From an uncultured Candidatus Saccharibacteria bacterium (lineage in GTDB: Bacteria; Patescibacteriota; Dojkabacteria; J137), in contig CAZUKH010000001.1 in NCBI GenBank assembly GCA_964620955.1, positions 53,481 through 117,480 of the forward strand: 64,000 nucleotides of DNA, given 5' to 3'. Of this stretch, positions 26,738 through 36,920 are shown in pieces. Position numbers and translations under genes: made by a program. Every line of letters begins with the position of its first letter. Position 1 is the first letter of the stretch. The notes below the pieces were generated by a model. The model saw only the letters and a list, made by a program, of their open reading frames with translations, was not told where the DNA came from and made no database searches.

Positions 26738-28078
26738 GTGCTTATGATTGGAATACAAAAATCAAAAAAAATAACTTCAAAAAAGCTTGTGATTGTTGGG
26801 GTAAGCGGATTGCATGGTAAAACTATTGTCACTGAGCTTTTTTCTCACATGTTAAGAACTGGGGGTAAGAAAGTAGCAGCACTTAGCAGCCTTGGATTTT
26901 CACAAAGCAACAATCATTTTGATAAATCAATAACTGCAGATAATCTAGATAAGAAAAAGTTAAAAAATATTATAAACATTTGTAACTTAAATGAAATTGA
27001 TGCACTTGTTATAGAAATTTTGCCTTCAAAAATCGAAAATTCCCTTTTTAAAACAGTGTTGTTCGATACATTTATATTAACCAGCTTGGGACTTGATTTC
27101 GAATCTTTTGAGTCTTTTAACGATCAACATAAAGAGTATTTTAAACTTATAAACAATATTTATAACGGAGGCTTACTCTTGATTAACGCCACAGAAAACT
27201 TTGACCTAACATGGCTGGAAGAGAAAGGAAAAGATCTTAAGCAAAATGTTTTTAGCTCAATTTTGTTGCCCCAATTTATTTATACCAATACACAGTTTCT
27301 TGATCATACACTTTTTTATCTAAATACCAGCGTACCGATAGTTTCTAAAAGCATTGGTCACTATGCAGCTATAAATACTTCTTTAGCAGGCGAAGCTGCT
27401 AAAAGGTATGTAAGAGAGGAAATTATTTTGCAAGCTATAGCTTCGTTTATCCCTCCAAAAGGTAGATTTGAGTATATGAAATACGACCAAAACTTTGTTT
27501 TTATAGACAAGTCAACCAGCCCAGAAGTTTTAAAAGAAAATCTTTATTTTCTTTATAAAATGAAGCTTCCCCACCAAAATATTATAACTGTTTTAGGAGT
27601 TTCGGACACCCTTGCTAGCCAATATGCAGTGAGCGCAGAAGTTGCTACAAAGTACTCAAACATTGTTCTACTCGCTCCTAGTGACCCTGGTAATAAACAT
27701 GTATCTGAAATTAATACAAATCTTTACGAATTTGCCGAGCGTGCAGGCGGTCTAATGGTTGAGAGATTACAATCAACTGAAGAACTAGATATGCTAAATA
27801 AATTAAACTTTATAAAAAGAATTAACGTTGTATCGTCCAGAAAGGATGTTCCAATAATAGCCTTTGATAGCCACGACTACACAGGCAGACTTGATGCTAT
27901 TAAAACTGCTCATTTACTGGCAAATCCCTGGGATATTATTGTTCTTATTGGTAAAGGCGCAGACAAGTACATACTTTTTGACGATGTAGAATATGAATGG
28001 TCTGAAGTCAAAGCAATTGAAATTGCAAGAGAATATTCGTCAAGTTTAAAACCCTCCAACCAACAAGTTCAAGCCTAG
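26738..28078 (+). CDS. Divergent Mur ligase (MurE-like)
   Basis: GVSGLHGKT P-loop, PKGRFE, RLDAIKTA...DIIVLIGKG; other MurE motifs are degenerate. Confidence 0.75.
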   Translation: MLMIGIQKSKKITSKKLVIVGVSGLHGKTIVTELFSHMLRTGGKKVAALSSLGFSQSNNHFDKSITADNLDKKKLKNIINICNLNEIDALVIEILPSKIENSLFKTVLFDTFILTSLGLDFESFESFNDQHKEYFKLINNIYNGGLLLINATENFDLTWLEEKGKDLKQNVFSSILLPQFIYTNTQFLDHTLFYLNTSVPIVSKSIGHYAAINTSLAGEAAKRYVREEIILQAIASFIPPKGRFEYMKYDQNFVFIDKSTSPEVLKENLYFLYKMKLPHQNIITVLGVSDTLASQYAVSAEVATKYSNIVLLAPSDPGNKHVSEINTNLYEFAERAGGLMVERLQSTEELDMLNKLNFIKRINVVSSRKDVPIIAFDSHDYTGRLDAIKTAHLLANPWDIIVLIGKGADKYILFDDVEYEWSEVKAIEIAREYSSSLKPSNQQVQA

Positions 28079-28578
28079 GAATCCATCGAAAGAACTTTAA
28101 ATTCAATTACACCTGACGGTAAAACTACATCTACGATATCTCCTACTTTAGAATTGTTTAAGGCTTTTCCAATAGGTGAGTCAATTGAGATTTTACCTGA
28201 TAGTGGGTCTGCAGCTTCTGTTTCTTCGGACCCAACTAAAGAAACCTTCTTTTTGGAGTTATTTTTTAAGTTAAGAATTGTAACAGTTGACCCAATTGTA
28301 ACTAGTGTTGAAGAGCTGGAGCCTTTAACAATTGTTACAACTTTCATAAGACTTTCCAAATCTTTAATTCTATTCTCATTCATTTCTTTTTTCTCCATTG
28401 CAATTGTATATGCATGGTTTTCACTCAAGTCACCTAGCTCTCTTGCATCTGAAATCTCTGCTGCAATTATTTCTCTATCTACAGTTTTCCTTCTTTCAAG
28501 TTCTTCTAATAACTCTTTGTACCTTTCTTGTGTCATTTCAATCTTCTCTTTTTCTGTATTATTTTTTTGTCGTGCCAC
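28075..28578 (-). CDS. greA: Transcription elongation factor GreA
   Basis: GDLSENHAY and ISIDSPIGKAL motifs. Confidence 0.97.
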   Translation of the reverse strand: MARQKNNTEKEKIEMTQERYKELLEELERRKTVDREIIAAEISDARELGDLSENHAYTIAMEKKEMNENRIKDLESLMKVVTIVKGSSSSTLVTIGSTVTILNLKNNSKKKVSLVGSEETEAADPLSGKISIDSPIGKALNNSKVGDIVDVVLPSGVIEFKVLSMDS

Positions 28579-28650
28579 TTTTGATTGTTTTAATTTATAA
28601 AAATACCACGGCCTTACGGACGTGTTTTATTAGTTTTGTGGTTAGTTTTC

Positions 28651-28676
28651 AAAAAAAAAATCTGGAGTTCCAGATT
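28651..28676 (-). terminator. Intrinsic terminator upstream of greA (possible leader attenuator)
   Basis: AATCTGG-AACT-CCAGATT followed by a T-run on the minus strand. Confidence 0.65.
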
Positions 28677-28761
28677 AGGTCGCAAAATTTACAAAACCTT
28701 TAAATTGTTACTAAAATATTAGCATGCAAGCGCCTTTAAAAGCAACCGGCATGTGTTTTAA

Positions 28762-31700
28762 CTAGTTAGATAATTGGATTTCGAAGATTTCGTCTTTACT
28801 AATTTTCTCAGAAAAAATCAGCTTAGAGTTATTTTGTTTAAATCTAGAGTCTTTAGAAGTCAATTTAAGTCCAGTGGCAACTTCTATCTCTAAATCTAAA
28901 TTAGTAACTACGCCTGGTATTTTTGCTATACCCAAAAACTGACTTACTGGACTATTTGTTAAATTTATTTTGGACTCTTCTAACCATTCAACCACAAACG
29001 TCCTTTCGGAAATAGCCTGTGCTACAACACAAATGTCCCCTGTACTGTCGTTAACAACTATACTTCGTGAAGAAATTGTATTTTGTGAAACGTCAATATT
29101 GCTTTCTCTTACATCAGGGTTTAAACAGATTGATACTTCTTGAACTGCTCCAGTTTGCGGGAAGTTAAATGTAACTGTATTTACCGAAGAACCATCGGAC
29201 CTAAAGGAAATGTTCATATCTACTACTGCTTCAGGAAATTGATCTACACCTACTATCCTATTGTCCGACAAAAGAATTGATGGCTGAACATAATAGTCCG
29301 ATAGCTCTTTAAAATTCTTTTCATCTGTGTTTTTTATTTTGAATAAAACTGAATTCAAGTCCCCAGTGTCATATGAATTTGTTAATAGATTTACAACGCC
29401 CGAAAAGTTGTTCTGTACTGTAGAAAGCAAGTTATATATCAAAAATGCCTCAAGTTGAGCCAAAATTGATTTTTTTTGGGTAATTGTCTTTGTACTTGCA
29501 AGTGCGAGATTTAGGTTAGACAAAATATTTCCAGCAGTAAAATCTACACCTGCAAGCTCAGGTTGGACTATCTGCGGAATTTGATCAAAGGCACTTTGAA
29601 TAAAATCTAAATTCAGTGTTATTACTCCATCCAGCGAAATGTTAAAAGTCTTTTGCCACACTTCTGAAACAGTCTCCGCAAACATATCTTTATCAGCCAA
29701 GCTAGAGAGGCTTTCCAAGCTTATATTCGACTTATTTGCAGTAATAAAACGTCTTTGATTAATCAACTTTATTGTTTCATCTGTTAAATTAGTTAAATCG
29801 AATGCTACATCTTCTACTGATTGCACCCTTGAACTTTCGATATTTCCGTCTCTTATCGAGAATAAGCCGTAGGCTGAAATTCTTCCACCTGCTGGGGTAG
29901 GTATTGAATTGTCCAGTAAGACTAGAAGGTAGTTGGTGGTTTTATTATGACCAAGTAGTTCGGGCAAATTGGCAAACGTTGAAACTATTTGTGTATAGTT
30001 ATTTAAAGAATTTAACTTATTGCTTATTTGCATTACTGGCTCTTTTAATGCTTGAGGTAAAGAATCTGTGTTTATTTGATTAAGTAGATTTATGCCCTGC
30101 TCATATTTGTTTATTCCAGATTCGACAAAAGCCGTCCTTTGGCTTAACTGTTCAAGAAGCTCACTAATGTTATTTTCGCTTGAAATGACAGATAGATAGC
30201 TTTCACTTGAGGTCCTTAGTTGGGTATTATTATTGTAAGCTCGAGCTATTTTATTTACTGGCTCAAGTGCATAAGCAAAATCTGAAATACCGTCCGATAA
30301 AATTCTGTATGCATCGACTATTCGTTGAATTGCGCTATATGAAACTTCTGCTGAAAAGAAGTCGGCAACTCCTTTATAATTTATTAGAATCTGTGAAAGG
30401 GTTTCTAATTGTGTTTGAGAAGACTGGCTTATTGAATACAATTTTTCAAAATCTTTTTGTTGAATACTTTGAGACATTGACTCTACTGCTGGTACTAACT
30501 CTAAATAGGTGCGGGTTAAAACTAATAATGGCGAGACAATAAGAAAGTATATTGCTGAAAGCAACACCAACAAAAAAGTCATAAATGCAAGCTCAGCAGG
30601 AGAACGTTTTTTTAAAAAAGTAAAAATTCCTGCCATTTTTGTAAAAACAATCCAAAACAAGTTAACTAAACGCTGCTTTAGTGTAACTTCTCTTTTTTTC
30701 TGCTGTAACTTTAACTCATTATCTGCTTTAAAAATTCTTCTTTTTCTTATTTCCTGCTCTTGTTTTTTATATTCAACAATGTTTCCTAGTTTACTTGAGT
30801 TGGATTGGTTTAATGCTGCTTGCGAAAAAGAACTCTCTGTTATAAATATTTTTGCAAGTCCTAATGATTGCTTAATTGCCTTGTCAAAAGATACACGTGC
30901 CATCCAACCAATTTCTGAAAGATTTGGGGCAGGTTTATGAATCTTGAGCGGTGGTAAAGAATTTGTCATTTGTTCAAAGCGTATTTCTTTAACTGTCTCG
31001 TCTAGCTCTTGAATTTTGTAAGCTATAGACAAATGTGTATAGGTGTTTTCATAACACACCGAAAAAACTTTACTGTTGGTTTCTTTAGAAAACTGCGCTT
31101 TTATTAACGCGTAAGCTGCATCTAGCAAATGAATAAACCACTCATGCTCTAATCCATCGTGTTTAAGCATTAAATACTCACCTTGAACGGCATTCATTAT
31201 TAGGTCAATAAATGCTGATTGGTGGCCAAAATCCATGCCATCCCCAATAATTTCTCCCAATCTAAGAATACGAGTATTAAGCTTAACTTTATTGTTGTAC
31301 TCCATAACAAGCCCTTCTGCATACCTTTGTACTTCCATGTCGGAGTAGGTATGAACTGGAGAGCTTTTAATTGCGATATCAAAACCTCCGTTGTCCGAAA
31401 AAAGTATTTGATGAGCTTTTATAGATGTTGTAAGCAAAAATCTTGCATCAAATTTTACTGCTAATGCGAGAGTAGCATCAAGATAGTTTGAAAATGTTAA
31501 AAACTCCTGCGTTGAAACTTCGTTTCGGAAATCAATGCTATGGTGTCCAAAATAAAAAACATAGTCAAGCCTTCGAATATCTTCTTCAAGGTGTGGGATA
31601 GAAGCATAATCCAAAAAACTTATCATTGCGTTGTCGGGGAACTTATCAAATCTTTCAATATTTTGTTTTGTCACGGCGTCAATAATAACTACGTAACCGC

Positions 31701-31815
31701 CCTGCTTCATTAAGGAATCTGCTATTTCAAGCCCAAGAGAATTTAAACCTCCAACAATGACAGAGGTAGGGAACTTAATTGTATTTTTTAAGCGTAATTT
31801 TGGAGGTACAATCAT
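28762..31815 (-). CDS. SDR/NAD-epimerase-like domain fused to TM helix and DUF4012-like domain
   Basis: VIVGGLNSLG...LDYVFYF...RILRLGEIIG (SDR fold), TM helix, then YLLVLLDNSIPTPAGGRISAYG. Confidence 0.75.
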   Translation of the reverse strand: MIVPPKLRLKNTIKFPTSVIVGGLNSLGLEIADSLMKQGGYVVIIDAVTKQNIERFDKFPDNAMISFLDYASIPHLEEDIRRLDYVFYFGHHSIDFRNEVSTQEFLTFSNYLDATLALAVKFDARFLLTTSIKAHQILFSDNGGFDIAIKSSPVHTYSDMEVQRYAEGLVMEYNNKVKLNTRILRLGEIIGDGMDFGHQSAFIDLIMNAVQGEYLMLKHDGLEHEWFIHLLDAAYALIKAQFSKETNSKVFSVCYENTYTHLSIAYKIQELDETVKEIRFEQMTNSLPPLKIHKPAPNLSEIGWMARVSFDKAIKQSLGLAKIFITESSFSQAALNQSNSSKLGNIVEYKKQEQEIRKRRIFKADNELKLQQKKREVTLKQRLVNLFWIVFTKMAGIFTFLKKRSPAELAFMTFLLVLLSAIYFLIVSPLLVLTRTYLELVPAVESMSQSIQQKDFEKLYSISQSSQTQLETLSQILINYKGVADFFSAEVSYSAIQRIVDAYRILSDGISDFAYALEPVNKIARAYNNNTQLRTSSESYLSVISSENNISELLEQLSQRTAFVESGINKYEQGINLLNQINTDSLPQALKEPVMQISNKLNSLNNYTQIVSTFANLPELLGHNKTTNYLLVLLDNSIPTPAGGRISAYGLFSIRDGNIESSRVQSVEDVAFDLTNLTDETIKLINQRRFITANKSNISLESLSSLADKDMFAETVSEVWQKTFNISLDGVITLNLDFIQSAFDQIPQIVQPELAGVDFTAGNILSNLNLALASTKTITQKKSILAQLEAFLIYNLLSTVQNNFSGVVNLLTNSYDTGDLNSVLFKIKNTDEKNFKELSDYYVQPSILLSDNRIVGVDQFPEAVVDMNISFRSDGSSVNTVTFNFPQTGAVQEVSICLNPDVRESNIDVSQNTISSRSIVVNDSTGDICVVAQAISERTFVVEWLEESKINLTNSPVSQFLGIAKIPGVVTNLDLEIEVATGLKLTSKDSRFKQNNSKLIFSEKISKDEIFEIQLSN

Positions 31816-31856
31816 ACACTTTCAGCTTAGTACAACACTATTTACAATGCAACAAA

Positions 31857-32531
31857 TTACTGTACATCTACTGGTTGTAATAGGAGATTTACATCGACAT
31901 TAATAATAAACCCTTCAAATTTATCTCTTTCTTCTTGCGAATCTGGCATTAGTTTAAATGTGATGTCATCGTATCCTTCTTTGTAAACCTTGATTTCATG
32001 TTGTTTATCAAGTGAAACAATAGTTTCGAATTCGTTGCTATTTGAAGACAATACTATTCCATCTATTTCTATAACAGGACTTTCTACATTTGTTACAACT
32101 TTTAAATTGTTTTTGGTTACCAAGTTAGCTGGCGAAAGGCTAATTACATGCCCTTCTGAAAAAGCCTGGCTTGGACCAAGAATATATGAGAGTATTACAT
32201 CTTTATTCTGTTCAAACCTTATTACTCTGTTAAAAGACCAATATTCAGCATTTTCAGAAGCTACTCGCTTTAGCGTAACAAGTTTTTCTCCAGGGGTAAG
32301 GCTATCAATATAAACAGGCGAGTTTTCGGGGTTTACTGTGGCTTTTTCTTCATTATCTACATAAATCTTCATTTCTCCCCCTAACGAAAAAACTTGTAGT
32401 CCGGAAATAATATTGGGTTTTTCAACCCCAAAAAGGCCTGGTAAATCTATTTGCAAGTACATCCAAGGTGACCAAAGCCCGACTATAACGCAAATAATTA
32501 AAGCTATTAATATTTTAAAAAAGTTTTTCAT
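31857..32531 (-). CDS. PEGA-like domain membrane-anchored protein
   Basis: IYVDN...LTPGEK.VTLK and IEIDG...HEIKVYKEGY patterns. Confidence 0.7.
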   Translation of the reverse strand: MKNFFKILIALIICVIVGLWSPWMYLQIDLPGLFGVEKPNIISGLQVFSLGGEMKIYVDNEEKATVNPENSPVYIDSLTPGEKLVTLKRVASENAEYWSFNRVIRFEQNKDVILSYILGPSQAFSEGHVISLSPANLVTKNNLKVVTNVESPVIEIDGIVLSSNSNEFETIVSLDKQHEIKVYKEGYDDITFKLMPDSQEERDKFEGFIINVDVNLLLQPVDVQ

Positions 32532-32708
32532 TTTATGTCCATTTATTAGAACGTAACATTATTCTACAGCAAAGTGATTGGTAATAAAAATACCTAGAAC
32601 TAAAGTCAAAGGCTTGAGATTAGTTTCTAATAAAATTATACCCAAGCATTTAGCTTGTTTATAAGAAGTAAAGTAGTTTAATATGTATATAAATTAGATA
32701 TTAATAGT

Positions 32709-33965
32709 ATGTTCATGGCAAAGGTTAAAGCAATTAAGGCACGACAGATAATTGACTCTAGAGCAACTCCCACTGTTGAAGTAGATGTTTTTTTAGAAGA
32801 TGGTTCAATGGGAAGAGCTGCTGTACCAAGTGGTGCTTCTACTGGGATTCATGAAGCCTTAGAATTAAGAGATGGTGATACTTCTCATTTTTTAGGTAAA
32901 TCTGTTGGCAAGGCTATTGAAAACGTAAATAACCTTGCATCTGAAATTTTTTTAACAGATTTTCACTCTCAAGAACAACTCGATAGATGGCTAATTAATA
33001 AAGATGGTACTGAAAATAAATCTAAACTAGGTGCTAACGCTATTTTAGCAATTTCGTTGGCCTACGCCCATGCTGTTGCTTTATCACAAAAAGTCCCTTT
33101 ATATCAGTATATAAGCAGTATATACGGTGGAGCTAGATCAAAAATGCCAAGACCAATGTTTAATATTATGAATGGTGGAAGACACGCTAACTGGGCAACA
33201 GATATTCAAGAGTTTATGATAATAATTCCTAACAAAACTTACTTTGAACAGCTTGAGACTGCTTCAGAGATTTTTATGAACCTGGGCAAGCTTTTAGAAA
33301 AATCTGGACTTAATACTAATGTTGGCAACGAAGGGGGCTATGCACCTGGATTTAAAACAAATGAAGAGGCTTTTGAGTATGTGATGAGAGCAACTGAAAA
33401 TGCTGGGTTCAAAATGGGTGAAGAAGTTTACTTTGGCTTAGATATAGCTGCCAGCGAATTCTTTAACCAAGAAAAAAATAGTTACGATTTAAAGACCGAA
33501 GGCACTTCACTTACAATTGATGAATGGAATTCAAAACTCGAAAGCTGGTTAAACAAGTATCCACTGTTAAGCATAGAAGATCCCTATGGACAAGATGACT
33601 GGGGTAACTGGTCGCATTTTACAGCTAAATACTCTCAAAGATTGCAGATTGTTGGTGATGATCTTTTAGTTACTAACACTAACAGAATTAAGAAAGGGAT
33701 AGAACTTAAGGCATGTAACGCTTTGTTGGTTAAGCCAAATCAGATTGGCACCCTAACCGAGACTATTGAGGCAATGAAAATGGCTTCGCAATCGGGCTGG
33801 GGTAATATTGTGTCTCACCGAAGTGGTGAAACTGAAGATATATCTATTGCTCATATTGCTGTAGGAACAGGTTGTGGTCAAATAAAGACAGGCGCGCCTA
33901 GCCGTGGTGAAAGAACCGCTAAATACAATGAATTACTTCGAATTGAAGAGATGCTTAAATTTTAG
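32709..33965 (+). CDS. eno: Enolase
   Basis: AVPSGASTG, LGANAIL, VGDDL, SHRSGET, KYNELLRIEE; start may be 32715. Confidence 0.98.
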   Translation: MFMAKVKAIKARQIIDSRATPTVEVDVFLEDGSMGRAAVPSGASTGIHEALELRDGDTSHFLGKSVGKAIENVNNLASEIFLTDFHSQEQLDRWLINKDGTENKSKLGANAILAISLAYAHAVALSQKVPLYQYISSIYGGARSKMPRPMFNIMNGGRHANWATDIQEFMIIIPNKTYFEQLETASEIFMNLGKLLEKSGLNTNVGNEGGYAPGFKTNEEAFEYVMRATENAGFKMGEEVYFGLDIAASEFFNQEKNSYDLKTEGTSLTIDEWNSKLESWLNKYPLLSIEDPYGQDDWGNWSHFTAKYSQRLQIVGDDLLVTNTNRIKKGIELKACNALLVKPNQIGTLTETIEAMKMASQSGWGNIVSHRSGETEDISIAHIAVGTGCGQIKTGAPSRGERTAKYNELLRIEEMLKF

Positions 33966-35352
33966 TGATTTGAAATATGCTAGGGAAAAAATCCTCCTCA
34001 ACATCGAGCGGAGGTTTACAAATGAGGAGGATTTTTTCCCCAAATGTTGCAATCCCAAGCTCAACAACTTTAGATTTGATTTTTTCTATAGCTGTTTCTC
34101 TATCCATTTCAGAATCTGAATAAACAAATGATTTTGTTATTCCTTTGTATAAACTTGCTTGCCTTGCAAAATGCTCGTATTTAGCAAAAAGATAAATTGG
34201 CTGTTTAATTGTATGCCTCCCTATAAGTTGGGCTGTTTTGCCGGATCTAGATACCACTACAACTTTGCTAATTTCATCTTGCATTTCTATACACATCTGA
34301 GCTGCTGCCTTGGCTATGGCCCTTGTTTCAACAAATCCTATTGTTTTTGCACTTACTATTTTGGTTTCTACAGCTTCTTCAATAATGCTAGCAATACTCG
34401 TCAAAGTTTTGACTGATTCTACTGGGTACATACCTGCTGAACTTTCAGCAGAAAGCATTACTGCATCGGTACCTAGCATAATGGCAGTAGCTACATCGTT
34501 GACCTCTGCTCTTGTTGGCCTTGGACTTTGTGACATAGACTCAAGCATTTGAGTAGCAGTTATTACGGGTTTGCCGGCATCATTACATTTTTGAGTAAGA
34601 TACCTTTGGATTACAGGGACTTTTTCAAGCCCAAGCTCAACCCCTAACCCTCCTCTTGCTATCATTATGCCGTCAACATTCTCAAGTATTGAATCAATGT
34701 TGTCTACACCTTTTTGGTCTTCTATTTTAGCAATTAGCTTAATTGTACTTTGTCCAATAAATGCTTTAACTTCTTTGGCAGCTTCTGCAGACTGTATAAA
34801 TGACGCAGATACAAAATCCCAACCTGTATCAATAGCGTGCCTAAGGTTTTGTTTGTCTTTTTCTGTCAAAACCTCTGTTGCAATATTTGCTCCTGGTAAA
34901 TTTATAGCTTTTCCTGGTTTTAAAGCTTGACCGTATGTAACTTCGCAGTAAATATCTTCACCTTTAATATCTTTTACAATCATTTCTACATCACCATCTC
35001 CTACTACTATTTTCTGGCCCGGGTTCAACAGACTGTAAAGGTTTTGATAATTCGAAGGATATATTTGCGAGCTTTCGTTATTACCAATTATAATTTCTTG
35101 TCCAACTGAAAGCGGAATTTGTTGCGAGAATTTATTAAGCCTTATTTCGGGACCTTTTACATCTACCATTAATGCTACATCGTTCGAAATTGCCTTAACA
35201 AGACTTTTAACTTTGTCTAGTTCTTCAGGATCAGCAAAAGCTCCATTGACTCTTGCACAGTTCATTCCAGCTTCTATCATTTTTCTCATTACCTCTTGAT
35301 CCCAGGTTGATGGACCAATTGTACATACTATTTTGGTTCTTTTTGATGTCAT
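33955..35352 (-). CDS. pyk: Pyruvate kinase
   Basis: RTKIVCTIGP, KGPEIR, IAKIE, ATQMLESM, PTRAEVNDVA motifs. Confidence 0.97.
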   Translation of the reverse strand: MTSKRTKIVCTIGPSTWDQEVMRKMIEAGMNCARVNGAFADPEELDKVKSLVKAISNDVALMVDVKGPEIRLNKFSQQIPLSVGQEIIIGNNESSQIYPSNYQNLYSLLNPGQKIVVGDGDVEMIVKDIKGEDIYCEVTYGQALKPGKAINLPGANIATEVLTEKDKQNLRHAIDTGWDFVSASFIQSAEAAKEVKAFIGQSTIKLIAKIEDQKGVDNIDSILENVDGIMIARGGLGVELGLEKVPVIQRYLTQKCNDAGKPVITATQMLESMSQSPRPTRAEVNDVATAIMLGTDAVMLSAESSAGMYPVESVKTLTSIASIIEEAVETKIVSAKTIGFVETRAIAKAAAQMCIEMQDEISKVVVVSRSGKTAQLIGRHTIKQPIYLFAKYEHFARQASLYKGITKSFVYSDSEMDRETAIEKIKSKVVELGIATFGEKILLICKPPLDVEEDFFPSIFQITKI

Positions 35353-35595
35353 TTTAGAGTTTTTAATATCTATTTGCTCATTCTATCAACAATTTATCAA
35401 TGTTGCATAATCTTTCCAAGATCTTACTAACAGTTGTAACTTTTCAGTATCGAAAACTTTTAGAACGCGCTTACAATACGCCTGCACCAATCCCTTTTTA
35501 CTACTTAGGTTTATGTTTATACAAAAAACTAGTGAAATATATTTTATATTGGGCTATAATTCCTGCGTGCTTGAAAGCAAGATCGTTATTAACTC

Positions 35596-35874
35596 ATGGC
35601 AGCAAATCAAACCACCAAATTTAGATTGACCCAAGAATCGCTTAAATTAGCAGGTATATTCTTTGTTACATCTCTAATTGGAGTAATAATTGGGAAGAGT
35701 CTTGATAGCGTTTTTGAAATTCAACCTTTTGGTATCTTAATATCACTGGGTGCTATGTATATATTATCTTGGGTAGTTATTGTAAAAGTATATAAAAACA
35801 TCATTAATTTAAGATCTCAAGATTACAATAAAGACATAAAAAACAGTTTAGAAAGTAAAAAAAATAATGAATGA
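35596..35874 (+). CDS. AtpZ/AtpI-family small membrane protein
   Basis: Two TM helices with GKSLD motif at the head of the atp operon. Confidence 0.75.
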   Translation: MAANQTTKFRLTQESLKLAGIFFVTSLIGVIIGKSLDSVFEIQPFGILISLGAMYILSWVVIVKVYKNIINLRSQDYNKDIKNSLESKKNNE

Positions 35875-36658
35875 ATTTTTAAGCATCCACACGCCTGAGA
35901 TTTCTCTATCACCCAAAATTCTTTTTTGGTTAGGAGAGTGGCCTGTTTCAAGTGCCTTGGCGACTGGGTTTTTAATTACACTTATAATAATATTTACAGC
36001 AATTTTTATTTCTCTCGTTTTTATAAAAAAGAGAGGTAAACCCTCAAGGGTTCAACTTGCTATTGAATCTATATACTCGTACTTTCATAAACTTACGACT
36101 CAAATAACTGGATCACAAAAAATTGCTGAAGCAATACTACCTATAATTCTTAGCATAGTTATTTACATTGGATTGGCAAATACAATTTTACTACTGCCTT
36201 TTATTGGTTCTTTGACATTAGATTCGAAGTCAATATTTTCAACAAATACTAGTGATTTAAATACGACTTTTGGAATTGCGTCAACTGTTGTACTTTGGAC
36301 TCAATGGTCAAGTATAAAAAAGTTTTCACTTTTGAAGCATATTGATAAATACTTTAAAGTTTCGTCTGTTTGGAAAGGAATTAAAAAAGGTCCTGGAGCT
36401 TTTGCAATGTCTTTGATTGATGTTTTTATTGGCATATTGGATATTGTATCGGAATTCGCTAAATCTTTATCTTTATCCTTAAGGCTATTTGGAAACATGT
36501 TTGCTGGTGAAGTGCTTACATCGTTGGTGCTAAGTTTACTAGCTGTAATATTACCGGTGGCGTTAATGCTATTTTCAGCTTTTTCTGGTTTATTACAGGC
36601 CTTAGTATTTGGCGCTTTATCGGCAGCATATTTTGGTAGCGCTCTTAAAGAAGAGTAG
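35867..36658 (+). CDS. atpB: ATP synthase subunit a
   Basis: SLSLRLFGNMFAGE and LLQALVF motifs. Confidence 0.97.
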   Translation: MNEFLSIHTPEISLSPKILFWLGEWPVSSALATGFLITLIIIFTAIFISLVFIKKRGKPSRVQLAIESIYSYFHKLTTQITGSQKIAEAILPIILSIVIYIGLANTILLLPFIGSLTLDSKSIFSTNTSDLNTTFGIASTVVLWTQWSSIKKFSLLKHIDKYFKVSSVWKGIKKGPGAFAMSLIDVFIGILDIVSEFAKSLSLSLRLFGNMFAGEVLTSLVLSLLAVILPVALMLFSAFSGLLQALVFGALSAAYFGSALKEE

Positions 36659-36683
36659 TTAAATTATTTATTATTTTTTTTAA

Positions 36684-36899
36684 ATGGATCCAGAAGCAGT
36701 AAGATATTTTGCCAAAGCTCTTTGCGTTATAGCAATGATGCCAACAGCTATTGCAGAAGCAGGAATAGTAAGATCTGCCTTTAGAGCAATGGCTCGCAAT
36801 CCTAAACTGGAAGAGACTTTGTTTCCAAAAGTTATTATTTCGATTGCGCTTGTAGAATCTACAGCTATTTATGCACTTGTAGCATTCTTTACACTTTAG
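36684..36899 (+). CDS. atpE: ATP synthase subunit c
   Basis: ARNP loop and ALVESTAIY. Confidence 0.96.
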   Translation: MDPEAVRYFAKALCVIAMMPTAIAEAGIVRSAFRAMARNPKLEETLFPKVIISIALVESTAIYALVAFFTL

Positions 36900-36920
36900 T
36901 AAGTTTGTTAATATTCAAAA

